From the NCBI GenBank assembly GCA_963708025.1, contig CAVPSB010000024.1, positions 34,874 through 98,873 on the forward strand: 64,000 nucleotides of DNA. Reading direction: 5' to 3'. Positions 1 to 10,376 of this stretch are shown piece by piece. A program made the position numbers and the translations under genes. The number at the start of each line of letters is the position of its first letter. Within the stretch, counting starts at the first letter, position 1. The stretch comes from an uncultured Candidatus Rokubacteria bacterium. GTDB lineage: Bacteria > Methylomirabilota > Methylomirabilia > Rokubacteriales > DASRDR01. The notes under the pieces were generated by a model. It did no database searches. It saw only the letters and a list, made by a program, of their open reading frames with translations, and was not told where the DNA came from.

Positions 1-1
1 G

Positions 2-295
2 TACCCGTGGCTCCTCGACTTGCCGACCCCGGCCGGCGACCCCCGGCCGGCCTTCGCCGAGTGGCGCCGCCGGCACCGGACGGACTGGCTGTCCCTGCGC
101 CAGGACGATTACCCGTGGGGCCTGGTGGCGCTGACCGCCCTCGAGCTCGGCGACGCCGAGACCGCGCGGTGCTGGCTCGGGCGCGCGGCGCCGCTCCGCT
201 TCGGCCAGCGCTGGAACGTGCTCGAGGAGGCGATCCACCAGGCCCTCGTCGCGCGGCTCGGCGCGCCTCCGACCGGACCAGCCCCGGGTTGCTGA
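2..295 (+). CDS. 3' end of a hypothetical protein (partial, runs off the window)
   Basis: Frame open from base 2 (YPWLLDLPTPAGDP...) to TGA at 293-295, with GC3-biased codons. Confidence 0.6.
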   Translation, partial: YPWLLDLPTPAGDPRPAFAEWRRRHRTDWLSLRQDDYPWGLVALTALELGDAETARCWLGRAAPLRFGQRWNVLEEAIHQALVARLGAPPTGPAPGC

Positions 296-322
296 AGACG
301 CGCGAAGAAGTCAGTTACTCCT

Positions 323-466
323 TGGCCCCCCTCCCCCCAGTGGGCGCCGGAGGGACGGGACGTCGCGAGGGCCGTAGGCCCGAGCCGTCCTGGCGATCCG
401 GTCAATCGGGAGGGGGCCAAAGGCCGAAGGCCGTCAAAGGATCGGGGGGGCGGGAGGTCCCGAAAT
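323..466 (+). repeat. Intergenic GC-rich repeat, family B, composite copy
   Basis: Ends in GGGAGGTCCCGAAA. Contains CCAAAGGCCGAAGGCCGTC (reverse complement of the module at ~5417 and ~44164) and GAGGGCCGTAGGCCCGAG (shared with family A). Confidence 0.75.
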
Positions 467-541
467 ACGGTGCTTTCCTTGACCGGACGCGCCCCGGCAG
501 GATAGCCTCTGCCTCATGATCGCGCAGGTGCCCCGTACATC

Positions 542-1540
542 ATGACCCAAGTCAACCGGACCCTCACCGCCCGGGTCGAGCACGGGGCGCTCCTCCTCGT
601 CGACGACGACGAGATGACCCGCGACATGCTCTCCCGCCGGCTGGAGCGCATCGGCTACACCGTCACGCCGGCCTCCGACGGCGACCAGGCCCTCGAGCTG
701 ATCGCCCGGGAGCCGTTCGACGTCGTGCTGCTCGACATCAAGATGCCGGGCCTCACCGGCTTCCAGGTGCTCCAGGCCATCCGGCGGATCCACTCGGTGA
801 CCGACCTGCCGGTGGTCATGGTGACCTCCAGCGACGACAGCGACAGCATCGTCGAGGCGCTGGAGCTGGGAGCCAACGACTACGTGACGAAGCCGATCGA
901 CTTCCCGGTGGCGATCGCCCGCGTCCGGACCCAGCTCCTGCTGCGGCGGATGGTCCTGGCGCTGGAGGAGGCCAACCAGAAGCTGGAGCGGCTGTCCTTC
1001 CTGGACGGGCTGACGAACATCGCCAACCGCCGCCGCTTCGACGAGTTCCTGGAGCGGGAGTGGCGGCGGGGGCTGCGCGACGGCACGCCCATCTCCGTGA
1101 TCATGACCGACATCGACTTCTTCAAGGCGTACAACGACACCTACGGCCACGAGGCCGGCGACGAGATCCTGAAGATGGTGGCCGGGGCGCTGAGCGCGAC
1201 CTTGAATCGCCCCGCCGACCTGGTGGCGCGGTACGGCGGGGAGGAGTTCGTGGTGGTGCTCCCGGGGACCGATTCCGGCGGCGCGGCGCTCCTGGCCGAG
1301 CGCCTGCGCGGCGGCGTCGAGAGCCTGCAGATCGCCCACGCCGGCTCCCGGGTCGGCGTCCACGTCACGATCAGCCTGGGGGTGGCCACCATGGTGCCCC
1401 AGCGGGGGGTCTCACCCGACGTGCTGGTGGCCGCCGCCGACCAGGCGCTCTACCAGGCCAAGCACGAGGGCCGGAACCGGGTCCGTGTCTCGGTCGAGCC
1501 CGTTCCCCCGTCTCCCCCGTCGGGGGAGACACCAGGATGA
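542..1540 (+). CDS. Response regulator-diguanylate cyclase (REC-GGDEF)
   Basis: REC domain (LLVDDD, LLDIKMP, KP) followed by DGLT...[14 protein letters not shown], with an RxxD I-site. Confidence 0.95.
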   Translation: MTQVNRTLTARVEHGALLLVDDDEMTRDMLSRRLERIGYTVTPASDGDQALELIAREPFDVVLLDIKMPGLTGFQVLQAIRRIHSVTDLPVVMVTSSDDSDSIVEALELGANDYVTKPIDFPVAIARVRTQLLLRRMVLALEEANQKLERLSFLDGLTNIANRRRFDEFLEREWRRGLRDGTPISVIMTDIDFFKAYNDTYGHEAGDEILKMVAGALSATLNRPADLVARYGGEEFVVVLPGTDSGGAALLAERLRGGVESLQIAHAGSRVGVHVTISLGVATMVPQRGVSPDVLVAAADQALYQAKHEGRNRVRVSVEPVPPSPPSGETPG

Positions 1541-1588
1541 GGCGGTCGGCGAGCGACCCGGCCCAGGCTCTCGTGAGCTGATGGGCGG

Positions 1589-2461
1589 TCAGCGCGCGTC
1601 GGCCGCCTGCATCTTGCGGAGCTCGAGCACGTCGTAGCGCCGCCGGATCGACGGCAACAGCGCACCGAAGATCGCCGTCGTGAGGAGCCCCGCCAGGTTC
1701 AGCGGGTAGGACACGGCCCACGGCTGGCCGCGCAGCATCGCCGCGATGCCGGCCGCCAGGACCGCCACGCCGAGCGTCACGAGCGTCTTCGTCGCGCCCA
1801 GCACGAACCCGCGCGCCACGCCGCGCGACGTCAGCCAGCCGATGACCGCGCCCAGGAGGCCGATGATCCCGCCCAGGGCGCCGCCGACGAGCCCGCCGGT
1901 CCGCTCGCTCCACCACTGGCCCGACGCCGCCAACGGGTCCTCCCCCGGCTGGTACTGGACGAGCCGCAGGGGCCCCAGGTCCACGGTGCCGCGCCCGGGG
2001 AGCACGACGTTCAGCGTGAGTCCAGCCGGCGGCGGCGTGCCCGCGTCCGCGAACATGGGGAGGATGAAGGGCCGCCAGTCCGTGGTGCCCTGGAGAGGGC
2101 GGAGGAGGCCGGAGCCCAGCGTCCGGGAGAAGTAGCGCCCCCCATTCGGGAACGCGCTCCACATTTCGAGGTAACCCTGTCCACGCACGCCCTCGTACCG
2201 AACGGAGCCGGCGAGGGCGTAGGGGAAGCCCGTGACGCCCGGCGCGTCCAGGGTCAGGACCGTCAGGCGGGTCGGCACGTCCTCGGCGTGCACGATGCGG
2301 AGGTACGGGAAGCCGGCGGTCGCGTCCGCGGATTGCACGGTGCCGGCGGCCGGTGGGCGCGCGGTGTGGAGGCTTCCCCAGGACAGATCGCGGAGGGTCT
2401 GTTCGCCGAACGCGGCCGAACCCCAGAACACGAGGCTAAGCGTGGTGATCCAGCGCTTCAT
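1589..2461 (-). CDS. Exported/membrane protein with C-terminal TM helices
   Basis: Signal-peptide-like N-terminus, about 3 hydrophobic helices, overlaps the upstream DUF2089 gene. Confidence 0.8.
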   Translation of the reverse strand: MKRWITTLSLVFWGSAAFGEQTLRDLSWGSLHTARPPAAGTVQSADATAGFPYLRIVHAEDVPTRLTVLTLDAPGVTGFPYALAGSVRYEGVRGQGYLEMWSAFPNGGRYFSRTLGSGLLRPLQGTTDWRPFILPMFADAGTPPPAGLTLNVVLPGRGTVDLGPLRLVQYQPGEDPLAASGQWWSERTGGLVGGALGGIIGLLGAVIGWLTSRGVARGFVLGATKTLVTLGVAVLAAGIAAMLRGQPWAVSYPLNLAGLLTTAIFGALLPSIRRRYDVLELRKMQAADAR

Positions 2462-2768
2462 GGCGACCTCCCGTCTCGTCGCGATGTGCGGTCAGGAGGA
2501 GCTTCAGGGTGTCCATGCCGAGCTTGCCGTCGGCAAACTGGGCTCGGAGCAGTCGCTCGAACCGGCTGGTGATCGTCTCGTTGTCCAGGACCTTGATCTT
2601 GTCGATGAGGCGATCCAGCCGGAGGCGGACGGTCGGGTAGCTGATGCCGTAGGCCTGAGCTAGCTCCTTGAGCGACCCCGAGGCCAGCACGAACCGCTTG
2701 ACGAACGCGAGATCCTCGTCGCTCAGCTGATCCGCCCACCGCTCGGGGCCGCGGCCGGTCCGGGGCAT
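2436..2768 (-). CDS. DUF2089 family HTH protein
   Basis: LSDEDLAFVKRFVLASGSLKELAQAYGISYPTVRLRLDRLI signature; GGAGG RBS before the ATG at 2768. Confidence 0.85.
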   Translation of the reverse strand: MPRTGRGPERWADQLSDEDLAFVKRFVLASGSLKELAQAYGISYPTVRLRLDRLIDKIKVLDNETITSRFERLLRAQFADGKLGMDTLKLLLTAHRDETGGRHEALDHHA

Positions 2769-2784
2769 GGCCACCTCCACCCCG

Positions 2785-2813
2785 ATGGTGGACTTTAATA
2801 AAGTGTAAGTCAA
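2785..2813 (-). promoter_or_regulatory. sigma70-like promoter with a palindromic operator in the spacer
   Basis: TTGACT-17 bp-CACCAT; ACTTTA-A-TAAAGT inverted repeat at 2792-2804 in an AT-rich patch. Confidence 0.55.
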
Positions 2814-2926
2814 CTTTCTGTTTGTTGAATAGCCCGGGACGGGCGTCGCGGCGCGGGCCGGGGGGGAGCGCGCGCTCGAGCAGGGCCCCGCGGCCACCAA
2901 GGCGAACGGCCCCCCGGCGCTCGCGG

Positions 2927-4372
2927 TCAGCGTGGTGGTGAACGCGCTGGTCGCGGGCCAGCGGCCACGGCGGGGGGCTCGGCGGGGAGCGCGATCGTCA
3001 CACGGCAGCCGCGCTCGCTGCCGTCAACCACCCTGGCCGCCTCGATCACGATCGTCCCACCGTGCACCTCGGCGATCCGCCGGGCCAGGGTGAGGCCCAG
3101 GCCGAAGCCCCGCGGCGCCTCGCCGGCCGCGCTCGGCGTGCGGGCCCGGTCCAGCCGGTAGAACGGGGTCAGGACCCGCTCCCGCTCGGCCGGCGCGATC
3201 CCCTCCCCCTCGTCCTCGACGCTCAGCGCCACGCCCGTCGTCTCGCGGCGCGCGGCCAGCGTGATCGGCGGCGCCCCGTACTTGGCGGCGTTCTCGACAA
3301 GGTTCCAGAGCGCGCGCTTGAGCAGGGTTCCGTCGGCCACCACGGCGAGCGGCGGGCCGTCCGCGACGCGGACCGCCTTGCCGGCCACCAGCGGGTCGTG
3401 CGCCGCCCGCTCGGCCAGCTCGCCGAGAAGCGAGGGCACGTCCACCGGTCCGAGGTGAGGCGGCAGCCCCGTCGCGTCCAGTCGCGCGGTGGTGAGGACG
3501 TCGTCGATCAGCCGGTCCAGCTCGGCGAGGTCGCCCTCCACGTCGCGGAGGCGGGCCTCGCTCTCACCATCCCGGGCGAGCAGCGCGAGGGCCACCCGGA
3601 TGCGGGCGAGGGGCGAGCGGAGCTCGTGCGAGACGTTGGCGAGCAGCTCCTTCTGGCCGGCCACCAGCCGCTCGACCCGGTCGGCCATGTCGTTGAAAGC
3701 GCCGGTCAGCTCCCGGAGCTCGTCGATGCGCGGGCCCCGGTGCCGCCGCCACCAGCCCCGGCGCCCGCCTGCCTCGGCCTCGGGCACGCGATAGGCCAGC
3801 TCCCCTCGACCGAGGCGGCGCGCCGCCTCGGTGAGCCGCTCGATCGGCCGCGAGATGCGGCGGGCCAGCGGCGCGGCCGCGACCGCGACGATGAGCAGCA
3901 CCAGGGCCACCGTGAGGCCGGGCCGCAAGAGCGCGGTCACACGGAACCGCCGCGGCAGCGAGACCTCGACGAAGCCGAGGACGGCGCGGGAGCCCGCGGC
4001 CCGCACCGGCGACGCCACGAACCACACCGGGGCCGGCCGGGTGACCAGGCCACCGGCGCGGAGATCGGCCGCCTCGGTGGCGGTCAGCGGCCCGAGCTCG
4101 AGGCCGGCCGCGCCCAGGACGCGGCCGTCGAGGCCCCGGACGGTGACGTCGATCTCCAGGTCCTCGTGGAGCTGACGCAGCCGCCGGCCCAGCTCGGCGG
4201 GATCAGCCAGGGCCTCGGCCACCAGCGAGCCGATGTGCCGGGACACGCGCTCGGTGACCTGGCGCTGGAAGGCGTTGCGCTGACCGACGGCAAACACCAC
4301 GCTCGCCGCCAGGCCCACGACGAAGAGCACGCCGAGGAAGTGGAGATAGATGCGGCCGTAGAGTCGCGCCAC
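2927..4372 (-). CDS. HAMP sensor histidine kinase (CpxA-like)
   Basis: Two TM helices, HAMP, H-box VSHELRSPL, N-box NLVENAAKY, G boxes DEGEG and GFGLGL. Confidence 0.95.
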   Translation of the reverse strand: MARLYGRIYLHFLGVLFVVGLAASVVFAVGQRNAFQRQVTERVSRHIGSLVAEALADPAELGRRLRQLHEDLEIDVTVRGLDGRVLGAAGLELGPLTATEAADLRAGGLVTRPAPVWFVASPVRAAGSRAVLGFVEVSLPRRFRVTALLRPGLTVALVLLIVAVAAAPLARRISRPIERLTEAARRLGRGELAYRVPEAEAGGRRGWWRRHRGPRIDELRELTGAFNDMADRVERLVAGQKELLANVSHELRSPLARIRVALALLARDGESEARLRDVEGDLAELDRLIDDVLTTARLDATGLPPHLGPVDVPSLLGELAERAAHDPLVAGKAVRVADGPPLAVVADGTLLKRALWNLVENAAKYGAPPITLAARRETTGVALSVEDEGEGIAPAERERVLTPFYRLDRARTPSAAGEAPRGFGLGLTLARRIAEVHGGTIVIEAARVVDGSERGCRVTIALPAEPPAVAAGPRPARSPPR

Positions 4373-4375
4373 CGG

Positions 4376-4643
4376 TCAGTCGGGCCGGGGGGGAGCTCCG
4401 CGCTCCTCCCCCGGCCCCCCCCTCGGGTTTCTCCTCGCTACCCGTCCTCGGGACGCCTTCACCGCGCTAGTCGGGCCGCGGGAGCTCGCGCTCCTCCCCC
4501 GGCCCCCCCCTCCGGGTTTCTCCTCGCTCACCCGTCCTCGGTGACGCTTCACCGCGCTTCAGTCGGGCCGGGGGGGCTCCGCGCTCCTCCCCGGCCCTCG
4601 GTTTCTCCTCGCTACCCGTCCTCGGCGACGACTCCATCGTGGC
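4376..4643 (-). repeat. Three tandem ~90 bp copies of repeat family A
   Basis: Units start at 4376, 4468 and 4559 with (TC/T)AGTCGGGCCG...GGTTTCTCCTCGCT(C)ACCCGTCCTCGG; each holds a GC hairpin. Confidence 0.9.
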
Positions 4644-5355
4644 TCAGTCGCCTTCGCGGGCCAGCAGGTAGCCGATGCCCCGCACCGTCTTGATGTGGCG
4701 CGGCTCCCGGGGGTTGGCCTCGAGCTTGGCCCGCAGCCGGGAGATGTGGACGTCGATCGACCGGTCGAAGGCCTCGAACGCCTCCCCCTTGAGGGCGTCG
4801 AGGAGCTGCTCCCGCGAGAGCACGCGACCGGCCGCCCGGGCCAGGGCGGAGAGCAGCTCGAACTCGTAGTGCGTCAGGATCGGCCGCCGGCCGGCGACGG
4901 TGACCTCGCGGGCGTCGAAGTCGATCTCGAGGCTCCCCGAGCGGAAGCGCGGCGTGCCCGCGGGGGCCCCCGCCGCTCCGCTCCGCCGCAGCACGGCCCG
5001 GATGCGGGCGAGCAGCTCCCGGGGATTGAAGGGCTTGGCGAGGTAGTCGTCGGCCCCCAGCTCGAGCCCGACGATGCGGTCGAACGTCCTCCCCCTTGGC
5101 GGTCAGCATCACGACCGGGACCGAGGCCAGCCCGGGGGTGGCCCGGAGGCGCCGGCAGACGGCCAGCCCGTCCGCCCCGGGCAGCATCACGTCGAGCAGG
5201 ACCACGTCGAAGCGGCGCTTCCGGAGGGCCGCGAGGCCGCGCTCCCCATCGCCGGCGACGGTGACGTCGATCTCGTTCCGGCCGAGATACTCCGCCACCA
5301 GCGCGCCCAAACGGGCGTCGTCGTCGATGAGCAGCGCGGCCACGCGGGTCGCCAC
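4644..5355 (-). CDS. OmpR-family response regulator (frameshift near 5085)
   Basis: REC (LLIDDD, LLDVMLP, MLTAKG) and winged helix (DRSIDVHISRLRAKLE) lie in different frames. Confidence 0.9.
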
Positions 5356-5370
5356 GCCCCTACACTATCA

Positions 5371-5460
5371 GTTGGGACCTCCCGCCCACCCCCCCAACCC
5401 CCCTCCCCCACCATTCGACGGCCTTCGGCCTTTGGCTGGGGGGAGGGGGGAGCCGGAGGA
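5371..5460 (-). repeat. Intergenic repeat, family B
   Basis: GGGACCTCCC...CCCCCTCCCCCACC-ATTCGACGGCCTTCGGCCTTTGGC-TGGGGGAGGGGG; near-identical to 44124-44209. Confidence 0.85.
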
Positions 5461-5480
5461 CCCCATTCCTTCACACGCTC

Positions 5481-5948
5481 TCAGTTGAAGTGGCCGGCCC
5501 GGTGGGCCCGCACGTAGTCGGCCACCTCCTTGCGCTGGGCCGTCGTCAGGACGTCGTGGGCCTCCACCAGGGCCTGGTGAATCGCTTCCCGCACGCGCTG
5601 CCGTCCGGCCTCCGCCTGCTGGTGGAGCGCCTCCACCTGGGCGGGGTCCACCTGGTCGGCTTCGAACAGGGCCAGCCCCTCCTCGAGGTGGGAGTGCCGG
5701 CCGGCCCGGACCTCCTCCACCGTCGCGAACACCCGGTCGCGGGCGGCGTAGATCACCCGGCGCTGCTCGCCGGTCGCCTGGGCCTTGTCCAGCGCGTCGT
5801 CGATCGCCGCCGACACCATCCGCTTCATGATGCCGGCCCGCCAGCCGCCGTGCGCGTGGGCAGCGCCGGTGCCGACGGCGACCCCCGCGCCGACCGCCAG
5901 GCTCGCCGCGATCCCTGCCGCCAGTCCGATCATCGTCCGTCGCTCCAT
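5481..5948 (-). CDS. Spy/CpxP-like periplasmic protein
   Basis: Signal peptide, helical body, LTxxQ-like motifs (ATGEQR, VLTTAQR), upstream of the RR-HK pair. Confidence 0.8.
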   Translation of the reverse strand: MERRTMIGLAAGIAASLAVGAGVAVGTGAAHAHGGWRAGIMKRMVSAAIDDALDKAQATGEQRRVIYAARDRVFATVEEVRAGRHSHLEEGLALFEADQVDPAQVEALHQQAEAGRQRVREAIHQALVEAHDVLTTAQRKEVADYVRAHRAGHFN

Positions 5949-6077
5949 GGTCGTCCTCCTCCATCCCGGCCGCGACGGGTCCGTCGCGGCCCCGGGCTGT
6001 CTGGGTTTCGCAGGCGCGTGCCCGGCCTGCTTGCCTGGAAGGATGGCGGACGGGAATTGCCGGCGTGTGTGCGCCGT

Positions 6078-6092
6078 GTAAAGTTTCGTGAA
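6078..6092. promoter_or_regulatory. CpxR-type direct-repeat box
   Basis: GTAAA-N5-GTGAA upstream of the CpxP-like gene; the CpxR consensus is GTAAA-N5-GTAAA. Confidence 0.5.
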
Positions 6093-6099
6093 GCGGAGG

Positions 6100-6414
6100 C
6101 TACCCCCAGCGAAAGACACTCGCCGCGACGACCAGCGACAGCACGGTCGCGCCCCACAGCGGCGTCCCCATCAGCGCGAGCCAGATCAGATGGAGGAACG
6201 CGGCGGCGAGCAACGAGATGAACAGTCGGTCTCCGCGTGTCGTATTGAATGCCAGGATGCCCCGCCGAGGAGCGCCGCCCGGCGAGAGCCACTCCCAGAT
6301 GCTCATGCCGACGAGCAGCAGACCGATGAACGTGAAGAACGCCGCCGTCTGCCACGTCCATGCCATCCAGCTCATCGGCATCGAGCGCCTTCCCGCATTT
6401 GCATCCCGCTCCAC
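6100..6414 (-). CDS. glpU: DUF2160 small membrane protein of the glycerol ABC system
   Basis: SWMAWTWQTAAFF...TTRGDRLFISLL; last gene of the cluster. Confidence 0.85.
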   Translation of the reverse strand: MERDANAGRRSMPMSWMAWTWQTAAFFTFIGLLLVGMSIWEWLSPGGAPRRGILAFNTTRGDRLFISLLAAAFLHLIWLALMGTPLWGATVLSLVVAASVFRWG

Positions 6415-6447
6415 GCCATGCGCATCTCGACGATTCGCGCCGACCCG

Positions 6448-7247
6448 TCACACCCGGCCGAGCGAGAATCCCTTCGCGATGTAGTTGCGAACGAAGTAGA
6501 TCACGACCGCCCCCGGAACGATCGTCAACGCGCCCGCCGCTGCCAGCAAGCCGAGCTCATAGCCGGACGTGCTTGCCGTGCGGGTCATCGTCGCCGCGAT
6601 CGGCTTGGCCTCGACCGAGGTCAGAGTCTTGGCCAGGAGCAACTCGACCCAAGAGAACATGAAGCAGAAGAACGCTGCCACGCCGATACCGGCAGCGATC
6701 CCCGGCAGGAGAAACTTGACGAAAAACTGCCCGAACGAATAGCCGTCGATGAAGGCCAACTCGTCGAGCTCCTTCGGGATCCCCGATATGAAGCCCTCCA
6801 GGATCCAGACCGCGAGCGGAACGTTGAACAGGCAGTGCGCCAGTGCGACCGCGATGTGCGTATCGAACAGTCCGACCGCCGAGTAGAGTTGGAAGAATGG
6901 CAGTGCGAACACCGCCGCCGGCGCCATCCGGTTGCTCAACAGCCAGAAGAACAGGTGCTTGTCGCCGAGGAACCGGTACCGGGAGAACGCGTAGGCCGCC
7001 GGCAGTGCCACTGCCACCGACAGCACCGTGTTGATCACGACGTAGATCAGCGAATTGATGTAGCCCCTGTACCACGTGGGATCCGTGAAGATCCGACGGT
7101 AGTTCTCGAACGTGAAGTTCTGTGGCCACAACGTGAAGCTGCCGAGGATCTCGTTGGTGTTCTTGAACGACATGCACAGGAGCCAGTAGATGGGCAGCAT
7201 CAGAAACGCGATGTAGAGCGCAGGCACGAGCCACTTGATGCGCTTCA

Positions 7248-7248
<1 letters not shown>
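6448..7248 (-). CDS. glpQ: Glycerol ABC transporter permease
   Basis: Carbohydrate ABC permease with EAA-like ELDELAFIDG; operon position. Confidence 0.85.
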
Positions 7249-8114
<866 letters not shown>

Positions 8115-8121
8115 GTTCCCC

Positions 8122-9189
8122 TCACCCCGCGAGCCAGCCGTCGACATACACCTGCGTGAACGTGGTGTCGAAGCTCACATGCGCGGCCCCCGTCGGCACC
8201 GCCTCGTGCTCGTCGATCAGCAGCCGGATCACCGTCTCGTCGTGTCGGGTTTCGACGATCTGGTGTCGCCCCGCGTCGCTGACCCTGACCACCCGCACGG
8301 GAATTCCGGTCTCGGCGAATCGAACGAATTCCGGCCGGACTCCGATCTCGGTCCGGGCGCCGGCCGGCGCCTTGGTGACGGAGTTCGCGGTCCGAATCGG
8401 CTGCCCGGCGAAGCGCGCCACGCCGTTCTCCAGCTCGCATGTCAGAATGTTCATGCCCGGCGAGCCAATGAAGTGGCCGACAAAGGTGTGCCGCGGCCGT
8501 TCAAAGAGCTCCACCGGCGTGCCGGCCTGCACGACCGTGCCCTCGTGCATCACGACCACTTGATCGGCGAAGGTCATCGCCTCGGTCTGGTCGTGAGTCA
8601 CGTAGATCATGGTGATGCCGATGCGCTGGTGCAACTCCTTGAGCTTGGAGCGCAGGCGCCACTTGAGATGCGGATCGATCACCGTCAGCGGTTCGTCGAG
8701 CATGATCACGTTCACGTCCGACCGAACCAAGCCGCGGCCCAGCGAGATCTTCTGCTTGCCGTCGGCGGTCAGTCCCGATGCGCGCAGCGGCAGCATCGCT
8801 TCCAGATCGAGCAATGCCGCGATCTCGTGCACTCTTGCCTTCACCTGCGACTCGCGCACGCCGCGATTGCGCAGCGGGAAGGCGAGATTGTCGTACACGG
8901 TCATCGTGTCGTAGACGACGGGAAACTGGAACACTTGCGCGATGTTGCGATCATCCGGCGGGCTGCCGGTCACGTCCACGTCGCCGAAGAGTATGCGCCC
9001 CGCGGTCGGCCGCAGAAGGCCCGAAACGATGTCCAGCAAGGTCGTCTTGCCGCAACCGGACGGGCCGAGCAGCGCGTAGGCTCCACCGTCAGCCCATTGG
9101 AGATCGATCCCCTTGAGGGCCCAATCCGACTCACGCGTCGGCCTTGGCACGTAACTGTGTCGTAGTTGCTCGAGGCTGACGCGGGCCAT
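8122..9189 (-). CDS. glpT: Glycerol ABC transporter ATPase
   Basis: Walker A GPSGCGKT and the variant signature LTADGKQK. Confidence 0.85.
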   Translation of the reverse strand: MARVSLEQLRHSYVPRPTRESDWALKGIDLQWADGGAYALLGPSGCGKTTLLDIVSGLLRPTAGRILFGDVDVTGSPPDDRNIAQVFQFPVVYDTMTVYDNLAFPLRNRGVRESQVKARVHEIAALLDLEAMLPLRASGLTADGKQKISLGRGLVRSDVNVIMLDEPLTVIDPHLKWRLRSKLKELHQRIGITMIYVTHDQTEAMTFADQVVVMHEGTVVQAGTPVELFERPRHTFVGHFIGSPGMNILTCELENGVARFAGQPIRTANSVTKAPAGARTEIGVRPEFVRFAETGIPVRVVRVSDAGRHQIVETRHDETVIRLLIDEHEAVPTGAAHVSFDTTFTQVYVDGWLAG

Positions 9190-9202
9190 CCTTGGCGTCA
9201 GT

Positions 9203-10270
9203 TCAGTCGGCGACTCGGGAGCCGTCCGACCCGAAGTATAGACATCTGGCGACGTCCAGCTCGAAGCGCGCCGTTGCGCCCACCTTGAAACCGTGCACAC
9301 CGTGTGAGAGCGAGACCCAGGTCAGCCCACCGAGGTCAAAGTGAATCACGCTCTCCGATCCACTGATCTCGGCGATCAGTACCCGGCAATCCACTTCCAC
9401 GCCGCGGCCCCGACCCGGCGCGGGCAGCACGTGATGCGGTCGCAGGCCGATCGTGTAGGCGCCATCGGGCAGCGCGCGTAGGCTGCCCTCGGCGGTCCAG
9501 CTCACCAGCTCCGACAGCTTGATCCGATCCCCGTGCTTGACGACATTCGCCGTGTTGATCGGCGGGTCGGAAAAGACCCGCGCCGTGGTCAAATCGACCG
9601 GGCGCCGGTAGACCGCTCCGTTCGGGCCGTACTGCGTGATGCGTCCCTCGTGGACGGTCGCGGTGTGTCCGCCCAGCAGGAGCGCCTCCGACGGCTCACT
9701 CGTCGCGTAGACGACGGTGCAGGCGCGGTCCGCGAAAAGGCGAGGCAACTCGTCGCGCAAGCCTTCGCGAAGTTTGTAGTCGAGATTGGCCAGTGGTTCA
9801 TCGAGCAGCACCAGGTCGGCATCCTTGATCAGCGCCCGCGCGAGAGCGGTGCGCTGCTGCTGTCCGCCGGACAGCTCGGACGGCTTGCGTTCCAGGAAGG
9901 GCGTCAGCTGCAGCAGCTCGGCGATCTGGCCGACGCGCTCCCTGACCGTCGCCTCTTCAACCCGCGCGACGCGCAACGGCGACGCGATGTTCTCGTACAC
10001 GGAGAGGTTCGGGTAGTTGATGAACTGCTGGAAGACCATGGAGACCTTGCGCTTCTGAACGGGCACGCCGGTCACGTTGCGACCATCGAACCAGATCTCG
10101 CCCGAGCTCGGATGAACCAGCCCGGCCATCAGTTGCATGAGGGTGGTTTTGCCGGCCAGGGTCGTGCCGAGAAGGATATTGAATCCGCCCGACTGCAGCT
10201 CGATGCTCGTCTCGTGGATGTGCGTCTGCCCACCGACGCGCCGGACGACCTTCTTGAGCGCGAGCGTCAC
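9203..10270 (-). CDS. glpS: Glycerol ABC transporter ATPase
   Basis: Variant Walker A GTTLAGKT, LSGGQQQR, LLDEP. Confidence 0.85.
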   Translation of the reverse strand: MTLALKKVVRRVGGQTHIHETSIELQSGGFNILLGTTLAGKTTLMQLMAGLVHPSSGEIWFDGRNVTGVPVQKRKVSMVFQQFINYPNLSVYENIASPLRVARVEEATVRERVGQIAELLQLTPFLERKPSELSGGQQQRTALARALIKDADLVLLDEPLANLDYKLREGLRDELPRLFADRACTVVYATSEPSEALLLGGHTATVHEGRITQYGPNGAVYRRPVDLTTARVFSDPPINTANVVKHGDRIKLSELVSWTAEGSLRALPDGAYTIGLRPHHVLPAPGRGRGVEVDCRVLIAEISGSESVIHFDLGGLTWVSLSHGVHGFKVGATARFELDVARCLYFGSDGSRVAD

Positions 10271-10376
10271 GGTTCCGAATCCAGAGGGGCGGCACACTCC
10301 AAACCGCTGTCAGTCGACGCGGACGGGGAGCCCACGGCTCCCCGTCCTCTCGTCGCGTGGTGACCCGCCGACTCCG

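Noticed and set aside
4376-4643. Tandem repeats as a CRISPR array
   Set aside because: Units are about 90 bp and repeated throughout with no unique spacers; no cas genes in the window.
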